From positions 1 through 34,893 of IMG/VR virus record IMGVR_UViG_3300006127_000048: a stretch of DNA of 34,893 bases; one strand, 5' to 3'. This document shows positions 1 through 8,538 of the stretch, in pieces; the stretch's first letter is position 1, and every line of letters starts with the position of its first letter. The DNA is from a virus (Duplodnaviria > Caudoviricetes). A program made the position numbers and the translations under genes. The notes under the pieces are model-generated. The model searched no databases. It was given only the letters and a program-made list of their open reading frames with translations, and was not told the DNA's origin.

Positions 1-1839
1 AGGAACTTGGCTAATAATCTGTTTCTCTTGCGCCTGAACTGGACTAGGGTTCGGTGCTGACGGAGTAACGCTATTCGGTGGAGCGCCACTTGTCGAAACA
101 GGAGCATTAGGAGTTGGTGCCGTTGGCATAGGTGGTTGCATACCTAGATATTCCTGCATGTACTGTTGAGGCAAGAGTTTATACATCATTAACTTCATAG
201 CACTTTCAGTAGGGTTCTTATCTTTTGTCTTCTCAAAATAAGTCAAAGGGTCTAGCAATCCAGCTTCGTACTCGGAAAGAGCAGAATTAAATACGGACAA
301 CTCATCCTGTGGAACGAGTGAGCCATTCTGAACATTTACTGTAAACTTTCTACCTTGTGGGATTTCACTTGCTTGCAACTGTGCCATTTGCTGAGTGTTT
401 TCTGGTCCAATAACAGAAATCATGTGAGGAGTATCCCAGTACACATAAATCATCTGTAAGAAGTGATTAAAGATTCTGCCAGCCGCCAATTCAAGCATTT
501 CGGTAACACCACCACCTGTGCGAGAAGTATCTTGCTGACCGACAATAATCTTTCCTCGTACAGTCTCCTCTTGCGAAGTAGATTCTGCTGTTGAGCCACT
601 GACACCAAAACGTGCCATAAAACGTGTCCTATCGTCTTGTATGCGCTGATAAACGACTTCTGGGATATCATGGTTCTCTGGGAACATGAGGGCTTTAGAA
701 GGTTCGCCAGGAGTAACGATTGTTCTGCCTTGTCTACGAGCTTCTGCTACCTGTGCTGCCTGTTCTTTATTGAACATCAAACCATTGACTACAACACCAC
801 CGTTAATGTTATCTACATTTCTGTCGTATTGCTTTAATCCCTTGTTGATGTTGTCTTGTGTAACAAGTCCTTGCGCAATTAACCCTGTCTCATCACATGG
901 TTGAGTACCTAAATCAAAGACTGTTAGGAATACGAATGGAATTTTTGGTCTAGGGAAGTGATTATGCCCAGGGACTTCCTGTGTAATAGGCGCACCTGTT
1001 GCATCTACTGTTTGCTGTTGCTTAGGATAATTAAAGTTAGGGTTCTTTGATTTATGTAAAATAATATCTCCTAATTTATAAAATACATACTCATCAGTCC
1101 AACATTGTTTATAGCCCATGAGTGAGCCGAGCTTGCCTTGTGCTTCCTTTTCAATTTTTTCTTTATGTTCAGGGAAACGAGTAATAAGATTACGAGCAGT
1201 ATCGTAGAGTTTAAGATTCAAGAACTCACCAACATATTCTCCATCCTCAATATAACCGTTAGGGTCGAGCTCTAGGTCTTTAGGATTGATAGCTTTAACA
1301 ATAATTTCATTCTCCTCTCCGTTGTAACCAATCTGCCATACACCTAAGAAGCGTAGACTCCAATGACGAACACCTTTCTTCAATTTTGTTTTTAGATGAT
1401 TGTACTGCGCAAGATATTCGAGAGCCATATGAATCTTGTCAGCAACTTCTTTCATCTCAGTAGTGTTATCACAACCGACAATAGGTTCAGGGTTCTGTTG
1501 AGTAGCCTGAGGAATCATTGTCTCAACCGCTTCAAAGATTATGTTATCTGTTAGAGGTCTTTTACCATTCTCGTATTCACTATCAGGGAACTGCTTGCCA
1601 ATCCAATAACGCTGATTGATGTCTCCAGCTTCGTGTATTTGTTTCTTAGTAGTTGATCCGTCATAAAGTAATCTCCATGATTTTTCTAAATCACGCAATT
1701 CGGTATCATCCATGTCCAAAGTTAATTCACCGAGACTTTCAACTAGTCCTTCCTGTTTTTCTCCGTCAGCATTTTTACCCTTCGCCTTGTTATAGTTTGC
1801 GAATAGTGAGTAAAATCCAGATGTTAGTATGCCTGCCAT
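1..1839 (-). CDS. Portal protein (P22-like), 3' end truncated by the window edge
   Basis: Absent from the ORF track because it runs off the edge. Starts at ATG 1839 (MAGILTSGFYSLFANYNKAKGKN...NIIFEAVETMIPQATQQNPEPIV...). The same frame at the window edge gives a Pro/Gln-rich tail (...MQPPMPTAPTPNAP...QAQEKQIISQVP), so at least 613 aa. Position after terL, size and PQ-rich C-terminus fit a P22-type portal. Confidence 0.8.
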   Translation of the reverse strand, partial: MAGILTSGFYSLFANYNKAKGKNADGEKQEGLVESLGELTLDMDDTELRDLEKSWRLLYDGSTTKKQIHEAGDINQRYWIGKQFPDSEYENGKRPLTDNIIFEAVETMIPQATQQNPEPIVGCDNTTEMKEVADKIHMALEYLAQYNHLKTKLKKGVRHWSLRFLGVWQIGYNGEENEIIVKAINPKDLELDPNGYIEDGEYVGEFLNLKLYDTARNLITRFPEHKEKIEKEAQGKLGSLMGYKQCWTDEYVFYKLGDIILHKSKNPNFNYPKQQQTVDATGAPITQEVPGHNHFPRPKIPFVFLTVFDLGTQPCDETGLIAQGLVTQDNINKGLKQYDRNVDNINGGVVVNGLMFNKEQAAQVAEARRQGRTIVTPGEPSKALMFPENHDIPEVVYQRIQDDRTRFMARFGVSGSTAESTSQEETVRGKIIVGQQDTSRTGGGVTEMLELAAGRIFNHFLQMIYVYWDTPHMISVIGPENTQQMAQLQASEIPQGRKFTVNVQNGSLVPQDELSVFNSALSEYEAGLLDPLTYFEKTKDKNPTESAMKLMMYKLLPQQYMQEYLGMQPPMPTAPTPNAPVSTSGAPPNSVTPSAPNPSPVQAQEKQIISQVP

Positions 1840-1863
1840 TTTTATATTTTGTTTATTAAATAT

Positions 1864-1900
1864 TAAAAGAGACGCAAAAGAAATAAATCTTTGCGCCTCT
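1864..1900 (-). terminator. Terminator-like hairpin in the portal 5' leader
   Basis: Minus strand reads AGAGGCGCAAAGA-TTTATT-TCTTTTGCGTCTCT followed by TTT. The G-U pair forms only in the minus-strand RNA. Confidence 0.55.
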
Positions 1901-1938
1901 GTTGAATCAGGTTAAGCGTTTTATTATGTTACGAGTTA

Positions 1939-1988
1939 ATTATATACCCACTATCTTATAAGTGCAAACAAGTCAAGACTGTGTATAA
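1939..1988 (-). promoter_or_regulatory. Sigma70 promoter for the portal/head operon with an upstream DnaA box
   Basis: Minus strand: TTATACACA (1988-1980), 12 nt, TTGCAC (1967-1962), 17 nt, TATAAT (1944-1939). Confidence 0.7.
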
Positions 1989-1996
1989 CCCCATAA

Positions 1997-2026
1997 CGCA
2001 AAAATCCCCAGAGAGGGAAATTTGCG
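1997..2026 (-). terminator. Intrinsic terminator after the packaging operon
   Basis: Minus strand CGCAAATTTCCC-TCTCT-GGGGATTTTTGCG, a GC hairpin with a T5 run, downstream of ORF 2298-2080. Confidence 0.5.
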
Positions 2027-2079
2027 ATTATTAGCTTTGATCATATCCTCATGAATTTTGTAAAGAACAGCTACCTAAA

Positions 2080-2298
2080 TTATACCACACTAAACTTATC
2101 TGACTTCGGGGAGTATGTGTATAAGTGCCGTTCAATTAAAAGTATATCCCCATTCTTGTCAAAGTTAATGGTGGCTGAACCACGCTTTATATCACTAAAA
2201 ACGCCAGAATCAAGCATGAATTTAATCTTATCGTAATGTTGCATAAATAGCTTAAATGCTTCTGTATCTTGGTCTGATAGTGTGATAATTGCTGTCAT
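2080..2298 (-). CDS. Hypothetical protein between terL and portal
   Basis: 72-aa ORF starting 3 nt after the terL stop, followed by a terminator. Confidence 0.75.
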   Translation of the reverse strand: MTAIITLSDQDTEAFKLFMQHYDKIKFMLDSGVFSDIKRGSATINFDKNGDILLIERHLYTYSPKSDKFSVV

Positions 2299-2301
2299 AA
2301 A

Positions 2302-3921
2302 TTATGTGTAGCGCCAGTCCGATTCTTTTGGAGAAACTTCTGGCATTGTTAATTGTATACCATCTGTCGTATTGTTGTGATAGCGATATGGTGCTTCTGG
2401 TATTACTGATTTCCTTTCACTACCACCAACGAACTGGCTCTCATTCTCTGCGAATCTGTCATAGGCTACTCGGTAATACACCATAGCAATAGCCCAGTCG
2501 TTACGATCTGAACGCTCCCAGACATAAACAAGATTGCCCATTCTATCCTCATCAACGATACGATACATATGTGACCAGTGAAGCCACATGTTCCACCATT
2601 TTTCTAAGTTACCCATGAGGAGAATACGCTTGTCGTTCATCTCGTCTACAGTCTGCTGAATGATACGGTTACGGTCTACAAGCACTCTGCCATATTCTTC
2701 ACCGTCTCCCCATTTAATAAGATTCATAGACTTTTTATCCTGAACAAATGAACATAGAAATACTTTACCTTTGTTATCATCTGCGAACTTACGAACTCCG
2801 ATGATGTCTCCACCCTGATCTATTACCATTATCCAATCATCATGCTTATCTACCTCACGCTGTAGTTCCTCATAGGTATCACATTCGCCATAATCAATAA
2901 GCCCATTCATATCTCCATAGCACCAGCGAATCTTTATACCTGTGTCAACTCCGAATAGTACACGACCTTTACGCTGTGTTTCTTCCGTCAAAATACCCTT
3001 AATCGTTTCAAGCGTAACCTTTGACTTGTTATCAGCATAAGGCAAAGCGAGTACGAAATTATGAAAGTATTGAGCTTCCTTTTCCTTGAAGTCTTTAATG
3101 ATTTTACTAGCAGGAATCCATGCACAAATAAGCTGTGGAATATGATAGCCACTGAACTCTGCTTCTGGGTTCTTCTTTCTCCAATGTCCTTCACGTCTAT
3201 CTTGGTCTGTAATCTCATTCTGACAGAACTTACATTGATAGCATTGACGTTGCTGATCAACTGAATATGGCCACTCCATGAACTGCCATTCTTTACATGC
3301 TGAACATAATATAAACCATTCTTTCATGTCGGATTTCTGCCAATATTGGTCTATACCGTTTCCAACTACACTAGGGTGAGATAAGTACCAACGCCAACCA
3401 CCTGCTTCCGCTTGCTGACGTGTTTCATATTGCGTAATGACTTCAGGATTTGAAGCGTCTATTTCGTCATGCACGTTTAGTTGTGAGGAGGACATTGTAG
3501 CTGATTTGGTAGTGAATGTACCACGCCAACGAATCATGCTATCGCCTATCTTCTTCTGTTCAATCGTGTCATGGTCTTTAGTCCAATTTTGGAATACCTT
3601 GTTTTGAGCAATAATACGGTTAATCTTATCTCCCACCATATCAAAGACATCGGACATAGTAGGCAAAGTGTAGATAATGTCCTTTTTCAAGAATCGAGCT
3701 ACCCATAGAATCTTAATAGTAAACATAACCGTAGCGCCTATCTGGGGAGCTTTCAGGATAGCTTGATATGGACTCATGTCCTCTAGAATATCTTTTAGGA
3801 ATGGTCTATCACGAAATGATAAAGACAAACCACGCTCACTTTTAATATCTTGTCCCTTAATGAAAAGATACGGATTTACCGCTTCAAGCTCTTCTGGTTT
3901 AATGTCTATTGTTTTTTTCAC
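2302..3921 (-). CDS. terL: Terminase large subunit (lambda GpA-like)
   Basis: 539 aa. Walker A-like KAPQIGAT, Walker B VHDEID, GpA-type Zn motifs CSAC and CKFC, RNase H-like nuclease GVDTG. Lies between terS and portal. Confidence 0.92.
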   Translation of the reverse strand: MKKTIDIKPEELEAVNPYLFIKGQDIKSERGLSLSFRDRPFLKDILEDMSPYQAILKAPQIGATVMFTIKILWVARFLKKDIIYTLPTMSDVFDMVGDKINRIIAQNKVFQNWTKDHDTIEQKKIGDSMIRWRGTFTTKSATMSSSQLNVHDEIDASNPEVITQYETRQQAEAGGWRWYLSHPSVVGNGIDQYWQKSDMKEWFILCSACKEWQFMEWPYSVDQQRQCYQCKFCQNEITDQDRREGHWRKKNPEAEFSGYHIPQLICAWIPASKIIKDFKEKEAQYFHNFVLALPYADNKSKVTLETIKGILTEETQRKGRVLFGVDTGIKIRWCYGDMNGLIDYGECDTYEELQREVDKHDDWIMVIDQGGDIIGVRKFADDNKGKVFLCSFVQDKKSMNLIKWGDGEEYGRVLVDRNRIIQQTVDEMNDKRILLMGNLEKWWNMWLHWSHMYRIVDEDRMGNLVYVWERSDRNDWAIAMVYYRVAYDRFAENESQFVGGSERKSVIPEAPYRYHNNTTDGIQLTMPEVSPKESDWRYT

Positions 3922-4045
3922 GTTTTATCTTGTTAGCTCTTGTACGCATTATATTTCTTTCTCTTTTGCAAGGAAAGCAACAAGCTGGAACTTTGTTCTT
4001 TCTCTCAACGATATCTCCACAATGTTGACAAGGTACTTTAATCAT
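3899..4045 (-). CDS. Small Zn-finger protein (48 aa)
   Basis: Not in track. MIKVPCQHCGDIVERKNKVPACCFPCKRER...; ATGA overlap with the terS stop and overlaps the terL start. Confidence 0.65.
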   Translation of the reverse strand: MIKVPCQHCGDIVERKNKVPACCFPCKRERNIMRTRANKIKREKNNRH

Positions 4046-4500
4046 TTTATTTCATCAGAAATTAACTTAGAGGCTATTTCTTTAGCGAGTATAATCATCT
4101 TCTCTCGATTTTCGGTATTTACTTCAACATTTACATTCAAAGACTTTTCAGGAGCATATGCTCCTTTCAATTTATAAGCCATTTCAAGTCCTTTAGATAC
4201 TGCTTGCGTCTCTATTCCGTTATCAATAACTTCACCCTCGATAACGATGTTATCTCTCTTATTCAAAAGCTCTATGTGCCTTTTGGTAATCAATTCATCA
4301 GGTATCATATCAGCCAACGACTTTGACACATTGGCTATTTCCTGTTGTATCTTAGCATTTCTTAACATGCGAGCCCCTGTAACAGCAGATACATTATCAT
4401 CTTTCTTTTTCAAAACCTTTTTAACAGCCTGAGTAGCATTACCCCCATTGAGTACATATTCTTTAGCAAATGCTTTGTGCTTAGGCTTTAGTTTGGTCAT
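4042..4500 (-). CDS. terS: Terminase small subunit
   Basis: KLKPKHKAFAKEYVLNGGNATQAVK...ARMLRNAKIQQEI is the typical HTH N-terminus of the Terminase_2 family. Upstream of terL; start taken at ATG 4500 (track start 4521). Confidence 0.85.
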   Translation of the reverse strand: MTKLKPKHKAFAKEYVLNGGNATQAVKKVLKKKDDNVSAVTGARMLRNAKIQQEIANVSKSLADMIPDELITKRHIELLNKRDNIVIEGEVIDNGIETQAVSKGLEMAYKLKGAYAPEKSLNVNVEVNTENREKMIILAKEIASKLISDEIK

Positions 4501-4569
4501 TGTTTTTAAGTGTCCAACCATTAGGAAACTGCTTATCGATAAAGGCTAATTCAGATTGTCGTATGTAGG

Positions 4570-4782
4570 TCATTTTGTTGTAAAGAATGTTGAATGTGCG
4601 TGCTTAAATTTTGTATCACATCCTGCCACAGAACATTTCCAACCTTTTGGAGTAGGAATAGTTACTGTTTTCGTGCCGTTGTCTACGATTTTGGATAACT
4701 GTTTAATCAGTTTCTTCGATGACTTCATCGTCGTCGGGTACAGTATCTTTCCTCTTTTTTTTGTTTGGTTCGTATTTGCCAT
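4570..4782 (-). CDS. Hypothetical basic protein with a C2H2-like motif
   Basis: 70 aa, CSVAGC...HAH, co-oriented in the operon. Confidence 0.55.
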   Translation of the reverse strand: MANTNQTKKRGKILYPTTMKSSKKLIKQLSKIVDNGTKTVTIPTPKGWKCSVAGCDTKFKHAHSTFFTTK

Positions 4783-4987
4783 AGAGTTCTTCGTAGTTTT
4801 TGTTTGGTGTGCCGTCTTTTAGAAAGGGCTGTTGAATATCGGCTTCGTAATACTTTGCTTCTAATTCTAGCCTTCTTAAAAATGTGCCTGATAGATTTCT
4901 CGTCTCACAATTATCACATACTCGCTTTCCGTCTTTATACCGTAGGACTGTTACTTGTTTTCCGCATTGACATTTTAGTTTTCGCAT
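4703..4987 (-). CDS. Zn-ribbon hypothetical protein
   Basis: CQCG...CDNC and an acidic tail. Start uncertain (4987, 4999 or 5041). Confidence 0.6.
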   Translation of the reverse strand: MRKLKCQCGKQVTVLRYKDGKRVCDNCETRNLSGTFLRRLELEAKYYEADIQQPFLKDGTPNKNYEELYGKYEPNKKKRKDTVPDDDEVIEETD

Positions 4988-5129
4988 GAAAGTTTTCATT
5001 TGGATATTTGTCTCTCTTACGTCTTGCGGAGTAACGACCATTCTCCTGACCGTGCCAACATTTTCTGATCTGGCCGACTGATACTAAATAAGTCCTACCA
5101 CACTGACAATTTATTTCTTTTCTATTCAT
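4935..5129 (-). CDS. Small Cys-containing hypothetical protein
   Basis: Start overlaps the groEL stop; CQCG...CWH motif. Confidence 0.5.
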   Translation of the reverse strand: MNRKEINCQCGRTYLVSVGQIRKCWHGQENGRYSARRKRDKYPNENFHAKTKMSMRKTSNSPTV

Positions 5130-6648
5130 CGGATTTTGGTGGGACTTTTACAACTGCAATAGTTCCTTTGTTTATCAAACGACCTTTAGCGAATGAGACT
5201 GCATTTTCAATCGAGCAACGAGTAGCTTTTACTGGGTCTATTATACCAGATTTTATCATGTCAACATAGCACTCGTTCTCGGCATCAAAGCCTTTTCCTT
5301 TTGGCATATTGACTAGAATGTCTGCATAATCAAGTCCAATGTTATCAATGATTCTCTTGAACGGAGATAGGATAGCTTTCTTCATAATTCGTTCGCCTAT
5401 ATCGGTGCTAGAGAGCTTTTGAGATACTCGATATAGTGCCATGCCACCTCCCTCGACAATTCCTTCCTCTAGAGCTGATTTTACGGCATTAACGGCATCT
5501 TCTACCTTGTCATAGAGTCCCTGTGTCTCTCCTTCGGTCTTTGAACCGACTGAAATTACGGCTACATTACCCTGCAAACGAGCTATACGCTTCTCTACCA
5601 TGTCGTAATCATTATCATTGGTGATTGAGCCTAATTGCTGTTTTAATTGCTTTACAGTTGATTTTACGCTTCCAGCACCATTCAAAATGATAGTCTTACC
5701 ACTTGTAGCGATAACTTTTTCGGCTTTACCAAGATTTTCAAGTGTAATTTCTTCTAACTTATAGCCTGCGTCTTTTGAAATGAAAGTAGCACCAGTAACT
5801 AAAGCTACATCTTCTAGCACTTCGTTTTTCTGTGAGGCGCACTTAATTACAAGGGTATTAAACATACCGACTTGTTTATTATAGGCAAAAGTATTAAGTA
5901 CGGCTGGGTCTATCTCGGTACAGAAAATAACAAGCTCTTTGATAGTAGCTGAGGCTTTTTCTAGGAATGGCATTAACTCAGCGATTGTAGATAGTTTTTC
6001 GCCGATCACCAATGTACGGACACCTTTAAATTCTGCCTTGTTCCCCTTGTTACACATGAAAGGGTGAACATAGCCTTTTTCTACCTCATAGCCTTCAACG
6101 AGCTTAACTTCGGTGCTTGGTAGTTTAGATTCTTCAACTGTAATCTTTCCATCTTTGCCAACAGCTTCAAATGTATCAGTGATGATGTGGGCGATTTCGT
6201 CGGATTCAGATGACACAAGAGCCACTTGAAATATCTCTTTTGATGTTCGGATGGGCTTTGCAATCTTGCGAAGCTCATCAATAATTTTAACTTTAGCCTT
6301 TTCGATAGACTTATTTATCTTCTTAGGATTTTCGGAATATTTAAATGCTTCTGTAGGGATAGCGTGGCATAGCTTAATTGTTGTAGTAGTAGCGTCTCCT
6401 GCCTCTTCGTTAGTTTTAGCCGCCGCTTCGCACATAAGGTTCAATGTCTGACGCTCAATGTCGTCATTGACTTCAAGAGCTTTAGCGACACTCACACCGT
6501 CAGTAGTAACACGAGGGACTGAAAATGCTCGGTCTAGGGTTACAGCACCACCGCCAGGACCAAGAGTGCAACAAACATATTCCTCAACTAAGTCCATAAC
6601 TCGTATCATTTTTTGTCGGTCTTCTATTCCGTTAGAGAGTATTTTCAT
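5122..6648 (-). CDS. groEL: Phage-encoded chaperonin GroEL (Cpn60)
   Basis: 508 aa with TLGPGG, TTDGVSVAK, AGDATTTT, VGKDGKITVEES, KRIARLQGNVAVISVG, VEDAVNAVKSALEEGIVEGGG and GIIDPVKATR. No GGM tail. Confidence 0.97.
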   Translation of the reverse strand: MKILSNGIEDRQKMIRVMDLVEEYVCCTLGPGGGAVTLDRAFSVPRVTTDGVSVAKALEVNDDIERQTLNLMCEAAAKTNEEAGDATTTTIKLCHAIPTEAFKYSENPKKINKSIEKAKVKIIDELRKIAKPIRTSKEIFQVALVSSESDEIAHIITDTFEAVGKDGKITVEESKLPSTEVKLVEGYEVEKGYVHPFMCNKGNKAEFKGVRTLVIGEKLSTIAELMPFLEKASATIKELVIFCTEIDPAVLNTFAYNKQVGMFNTLVIKCASQKNEVLEDVALVTGATFISKDAGYKLEEITLENLGKAEKVIATSGKTIILNGAGSVKSTVKQLKQQLGSITNDNDYDMVEKRIARLQGNVAVISVGSKTEGETQGLYDKVEDAVNAVKSALEEGIVEGGGMALYRVSQKLSSTDIGERIMKKAILSPFKRIIDNIGLDYADILVNMPKGKGFDAENECYVDMIKSGIIDPVKATRCSIENAVSFAKGRLINKGTIAVVKVPPKSDE

Positions 6649-6884
6649 TTTGATATTGCAACTATTGACTTATAATTTACGAAGAAAAAATTGGCATGTT
6701 CTATAACGTGAGACTCTTTTGAAAATAACGCTTTAAGTCCAACTTTTAGATCAGGATTCTTTTGACCTGCTTCTATTCCGACAGATAAAATCTGTCCCTC
6801 ACGCATAACAGTTTCCGTGGAAACAAAACCTTTCGGCTTTTCTTTTGGTAGTTGTACCTGTACAAATTCTCCTGTGGCTTTCAT
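6645..6884 (-). CDS. groES: Co-chaperonin GroES-like (Cpn10)
   Basis: 79 aa, ATGA-coupled to groEL. The pattern EGQILSVG...LKVGLKALFSK...SIVAI resembles Cpn10 (GxVxAVG...VKVGDxVxF...ILAI). Confidence 0.8.
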   Translation of the reverse strand: MKATGEFVQVQLPKEKPKGFVSTETVMREGQILSVGIEAGQKNPDLKVGLKALFSKESHVIEHANFFFVNYKSIVAISK

Positions 6885-7093
6885 TATTTTTTAGATTTAT
6901 TAACTTTTTCAGCTTCTAATTTAATAATCTGTGGGCGAGCTTGTATTCCGTTCTTTCCGTAATCCAAGACTGCACCGATATCGTAACCATGTTTTACTGT
7001 AAGTTTCTTGTAGTCTTCAAAAAAGGCGGCGATTTCTTTTTTTTCTTGCTCTTCAATTGATAATTCTGCTGGTTTTATTTTTTGTTCTGACAT
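6884..7093 (-). CDS. Hypothetical protein
   Basis: 69-aa ORF whose stop overlaps the groES start. Confidence 0.7.
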   Translation of the reverse strand: MSEQKIKPAELSIEEQEKKEIAAFFEDYKKLTVKHGYDIGAVLDYGKNGIQARPQIIKLEAEKVNKSKK

Positions 7094-7103
7094 TGTATTA
7101 AAA

Positions 7104-7352
7104 TTATTCTAATGGCTCTCCTGTTTTCTCTTTCTCTTTCAAACTATCCTTAAACGATTGTTCTTCTTCTGATAATCCTATGATGTATCCTTCACCATGA
7201 GGAAGGTGGCTCACGACCTTTGAAGATACTTTATCAACTACTGTGCCGATGTTTTCCTTGTATCTATCAGCAACACCAAGCATGACAATAGCGATAAGTA
7301 ATCCAATTATAACTCCAAGAGCAAAAGCAATTATTGAAAATAGAAAAATCAT
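7104..7352 (-). CDS. Membrane-anchored hypothetical protein
   Basis: Start re-set to ATG 7352; N-terminal TM helix MIFLFSIIAFALGVIIGLLIAIVMLG. Confidence 0.7.
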   Translation of the reverse strand: MIFLFSIIAFALGVIIGLLIAIVMLGVADRYKENIGTVVDKVSSKVVSHLPHGEGYIIGLSEEEQSFKDSLKEKEKTGEPLE

Positions 7353-7353
7353 T

Positions 7354-7449
7354 TTATGAAAGTAAAAGTAGGATAAGTCCAAATATAAAAGCTGGCGTAG
7401 AAGCGTCAAAGAATCCAAAGCACATTAGTAATATTGCGATGAGTATCAT
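7354..7449 (-). CDS. Small hydrophobic membrane peptide (31 aa)
   Basis: Not in track. MILIAILLMCFGFFDASTPAFIFGLILLLLS; first ORF after the leftward promoter, with its stop 1 nt before the next ATG. Confidence 0.6.
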   Translation of the reverse strand: MILIAILLMCFGFFDASTPAFIFGLILLLLS

Positions 7450-7465
7450 ATTATGTAGTGAGTAT

Positions 7466-7557
7466 ATTATACTAGGCGTACGATTAAAAGCAAGATGACT
7501 TTATCCACAAGTTATTAGACTTTTGAAACTTGCGTATGAAAAAAGAAGGTATATAAT
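7466..7557. promoter_or_regulatory. Divergent sigma70 promoters flanking a perfect DnaA box
   Basis: Leftward TTGCTT (7493-7488)-16-TATAAT (7471-7466); TTATCCACA at 7501-7509; rightward TTGCGT (7530-7535)-16-TATAAT (7552-7557). Confidence 0.7.
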
Positions 7558-7584
7558 TATCTATGTCGAACTTTTATAAAAATA

Positions 7585-7661
7585 GTCTTGCGCTTTTTGC
7601 TTACTAGCCTACTACTTCATACTCGCAAGGCGTGGAGTGGTAGATTAGTAAGCAAAGAGAC
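7585..7661 (+). promoter_or_regulatory. Long RNA hairpin in the leader of the initiator gene
   Basis: TTTGCTTACTA pairs with TAGTAAGCAAA; inner CTACTACTTCAT/GTGGAGTGGTAG has several G-U pairs and a GCAA apical loop. Ends 11 nt before ATG 7673. Confidence 0.65.
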
Positions 7662-7672
7662 AAAAAAATAAT

Positions 7673-8062
7673 ATGGCAAATAGACGAATGTTCTCAATGA
7701 AGATAGTTGATACTGATGCATTTTTAGATATGCCTCAAAGTTGTCAGCTTCTTTATTATAGTTTAGCTATGAGAGCTGATGATGATGGTTTTATATCTAA
7801 CCCAAAAAAGATAATGCGTATGTTAGGTTCACAAGATGATGATTATAAGATTTTAATAGCCAAAAAGTTTATAGTTCAGTTTGAGAGTGGAGTTTGTGTC
7901 ATAAAGCATTGGCTTATCCATAATTTGATAAGATCGGATAGATATACACCTACTCAATACACAAAAGAAAAGTCAATGCTGTTAATTGATGAAAAAACTA
8001 GAAAATACAGCTTAAATAAAGGAATCTCTAAAGATGTCATACCAAAAGACAACCAAGTGTAA
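7673..8062 (+). CDS. Replisome organizer / replication initiator, N-terminal domain
   Basis: MANRRMFSMKIVDTDAFLDMPQSCQLLYYSLAMRADDDGFISNPKKIMRM...VIKHWLIHNLIRSDRY is the typical N-terminus of phage replisome organizers. Confidence 0.85.
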   Translation: MANRRMFSMKIVDTDAFLDMPQSCQLLYYSLAMRADDDGFISNPKKIMRMLGSQDDDYKILIAKKFIVQFESGVCVIKHWLIHNLIRSDRYTPTQYTKEKSMLLIDEKTRKYSLNKGISKDVIPKDNQV

Positions 8063-8066
8063 CCCC

Positions 8067-8106
8067 AGTATAGGTTAGTATAGGTTAGTATAGGTTAGGT
8101 TAGGAT
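8067..8106 (+). repeat. Iteron-like tandem repeat (AGTATAGGTT x3 plus AGGTT AGGAT); candidate replication origin
   Basis: Exact 10-mers at 8067, 8077 and 8087, directly after the initiator stop and followed by AT-rich DNA. Confidence 0.75.
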
Positions 8107-8149
8107 ATATAATACAAACACAAGTAGTTAGCCATATTTTAACAAATAC

Positions 8150-8536
8150 ATGAAATCAATCGCAGAACTCATAAAATTACCAGAACAACTACTGTCAGAA
8201 AAACGACCTTTGAGAGAGCGTTCTATGCTTTTAAACGATATTTACGAGCTATATTCGTCTTTACAAGATAAGAAACTAAGACACATATACAACATTGAAA
8301 ATTACAAGAAATGGCTAAGAAACAAACGGATCAAACATTCACCAACTAACTGGGAACTATTCAGAAAAAGCTCAAACTATGTAAAAACGATTGATATAGG
8401 AAGTTTTGCAATAAGATTAGCTCATTTGAAAAAGCCAGAGGATTTATATTTTTTGTTGTCGGTGGCAAAAGATAAATATCGAAGAGGTGAGCCAGTCGGA
8501 GCTTATATATTTTATTCGACTAAAAAACAAAAATAA
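8150..8536 (+). CDS. Basic hypothetical protein, possibly replication-associated
   Basis: 128 aa, in the same frame as 7673-8062. Confidence 0.7.
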   Translation: MKSIAELIKLPEQLLSEKRPLRERSMLLNDIYELYSSLQDKKLRHIYNIENYKKWLRNKRIKHSPTNWELFRKSSNYVKTIDIGSFAIRLAHLKKPEDLYFLLSVAKDKYRRGEPVGAYIFYSTKKQK

Positions 8537-8538
8537 GA

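Noticed and set aside
450-1859. Track ORFs 450-671, 637-837, 686-904 and 1653-1859
   Set aside because: They are shadow frames of the long minus-strand portal ORF, which the track missed because it runs off the edge.
8067-8106. CRISPR array
   Set aside because: These are contiguous 10-bp tandem repeats with no spacers, and no cas genes are present.
8060-8131. Genome-wide stop-codon reassignment (TAG or TAA read as sense)
   Set aside because: Long genes are intact in code 11. TAG ends genes cleanly before the next start or promoter (9424, 10282, 18358), and TAA and TGA are the usual stops. The interrupting stops are confined to the repeat region.
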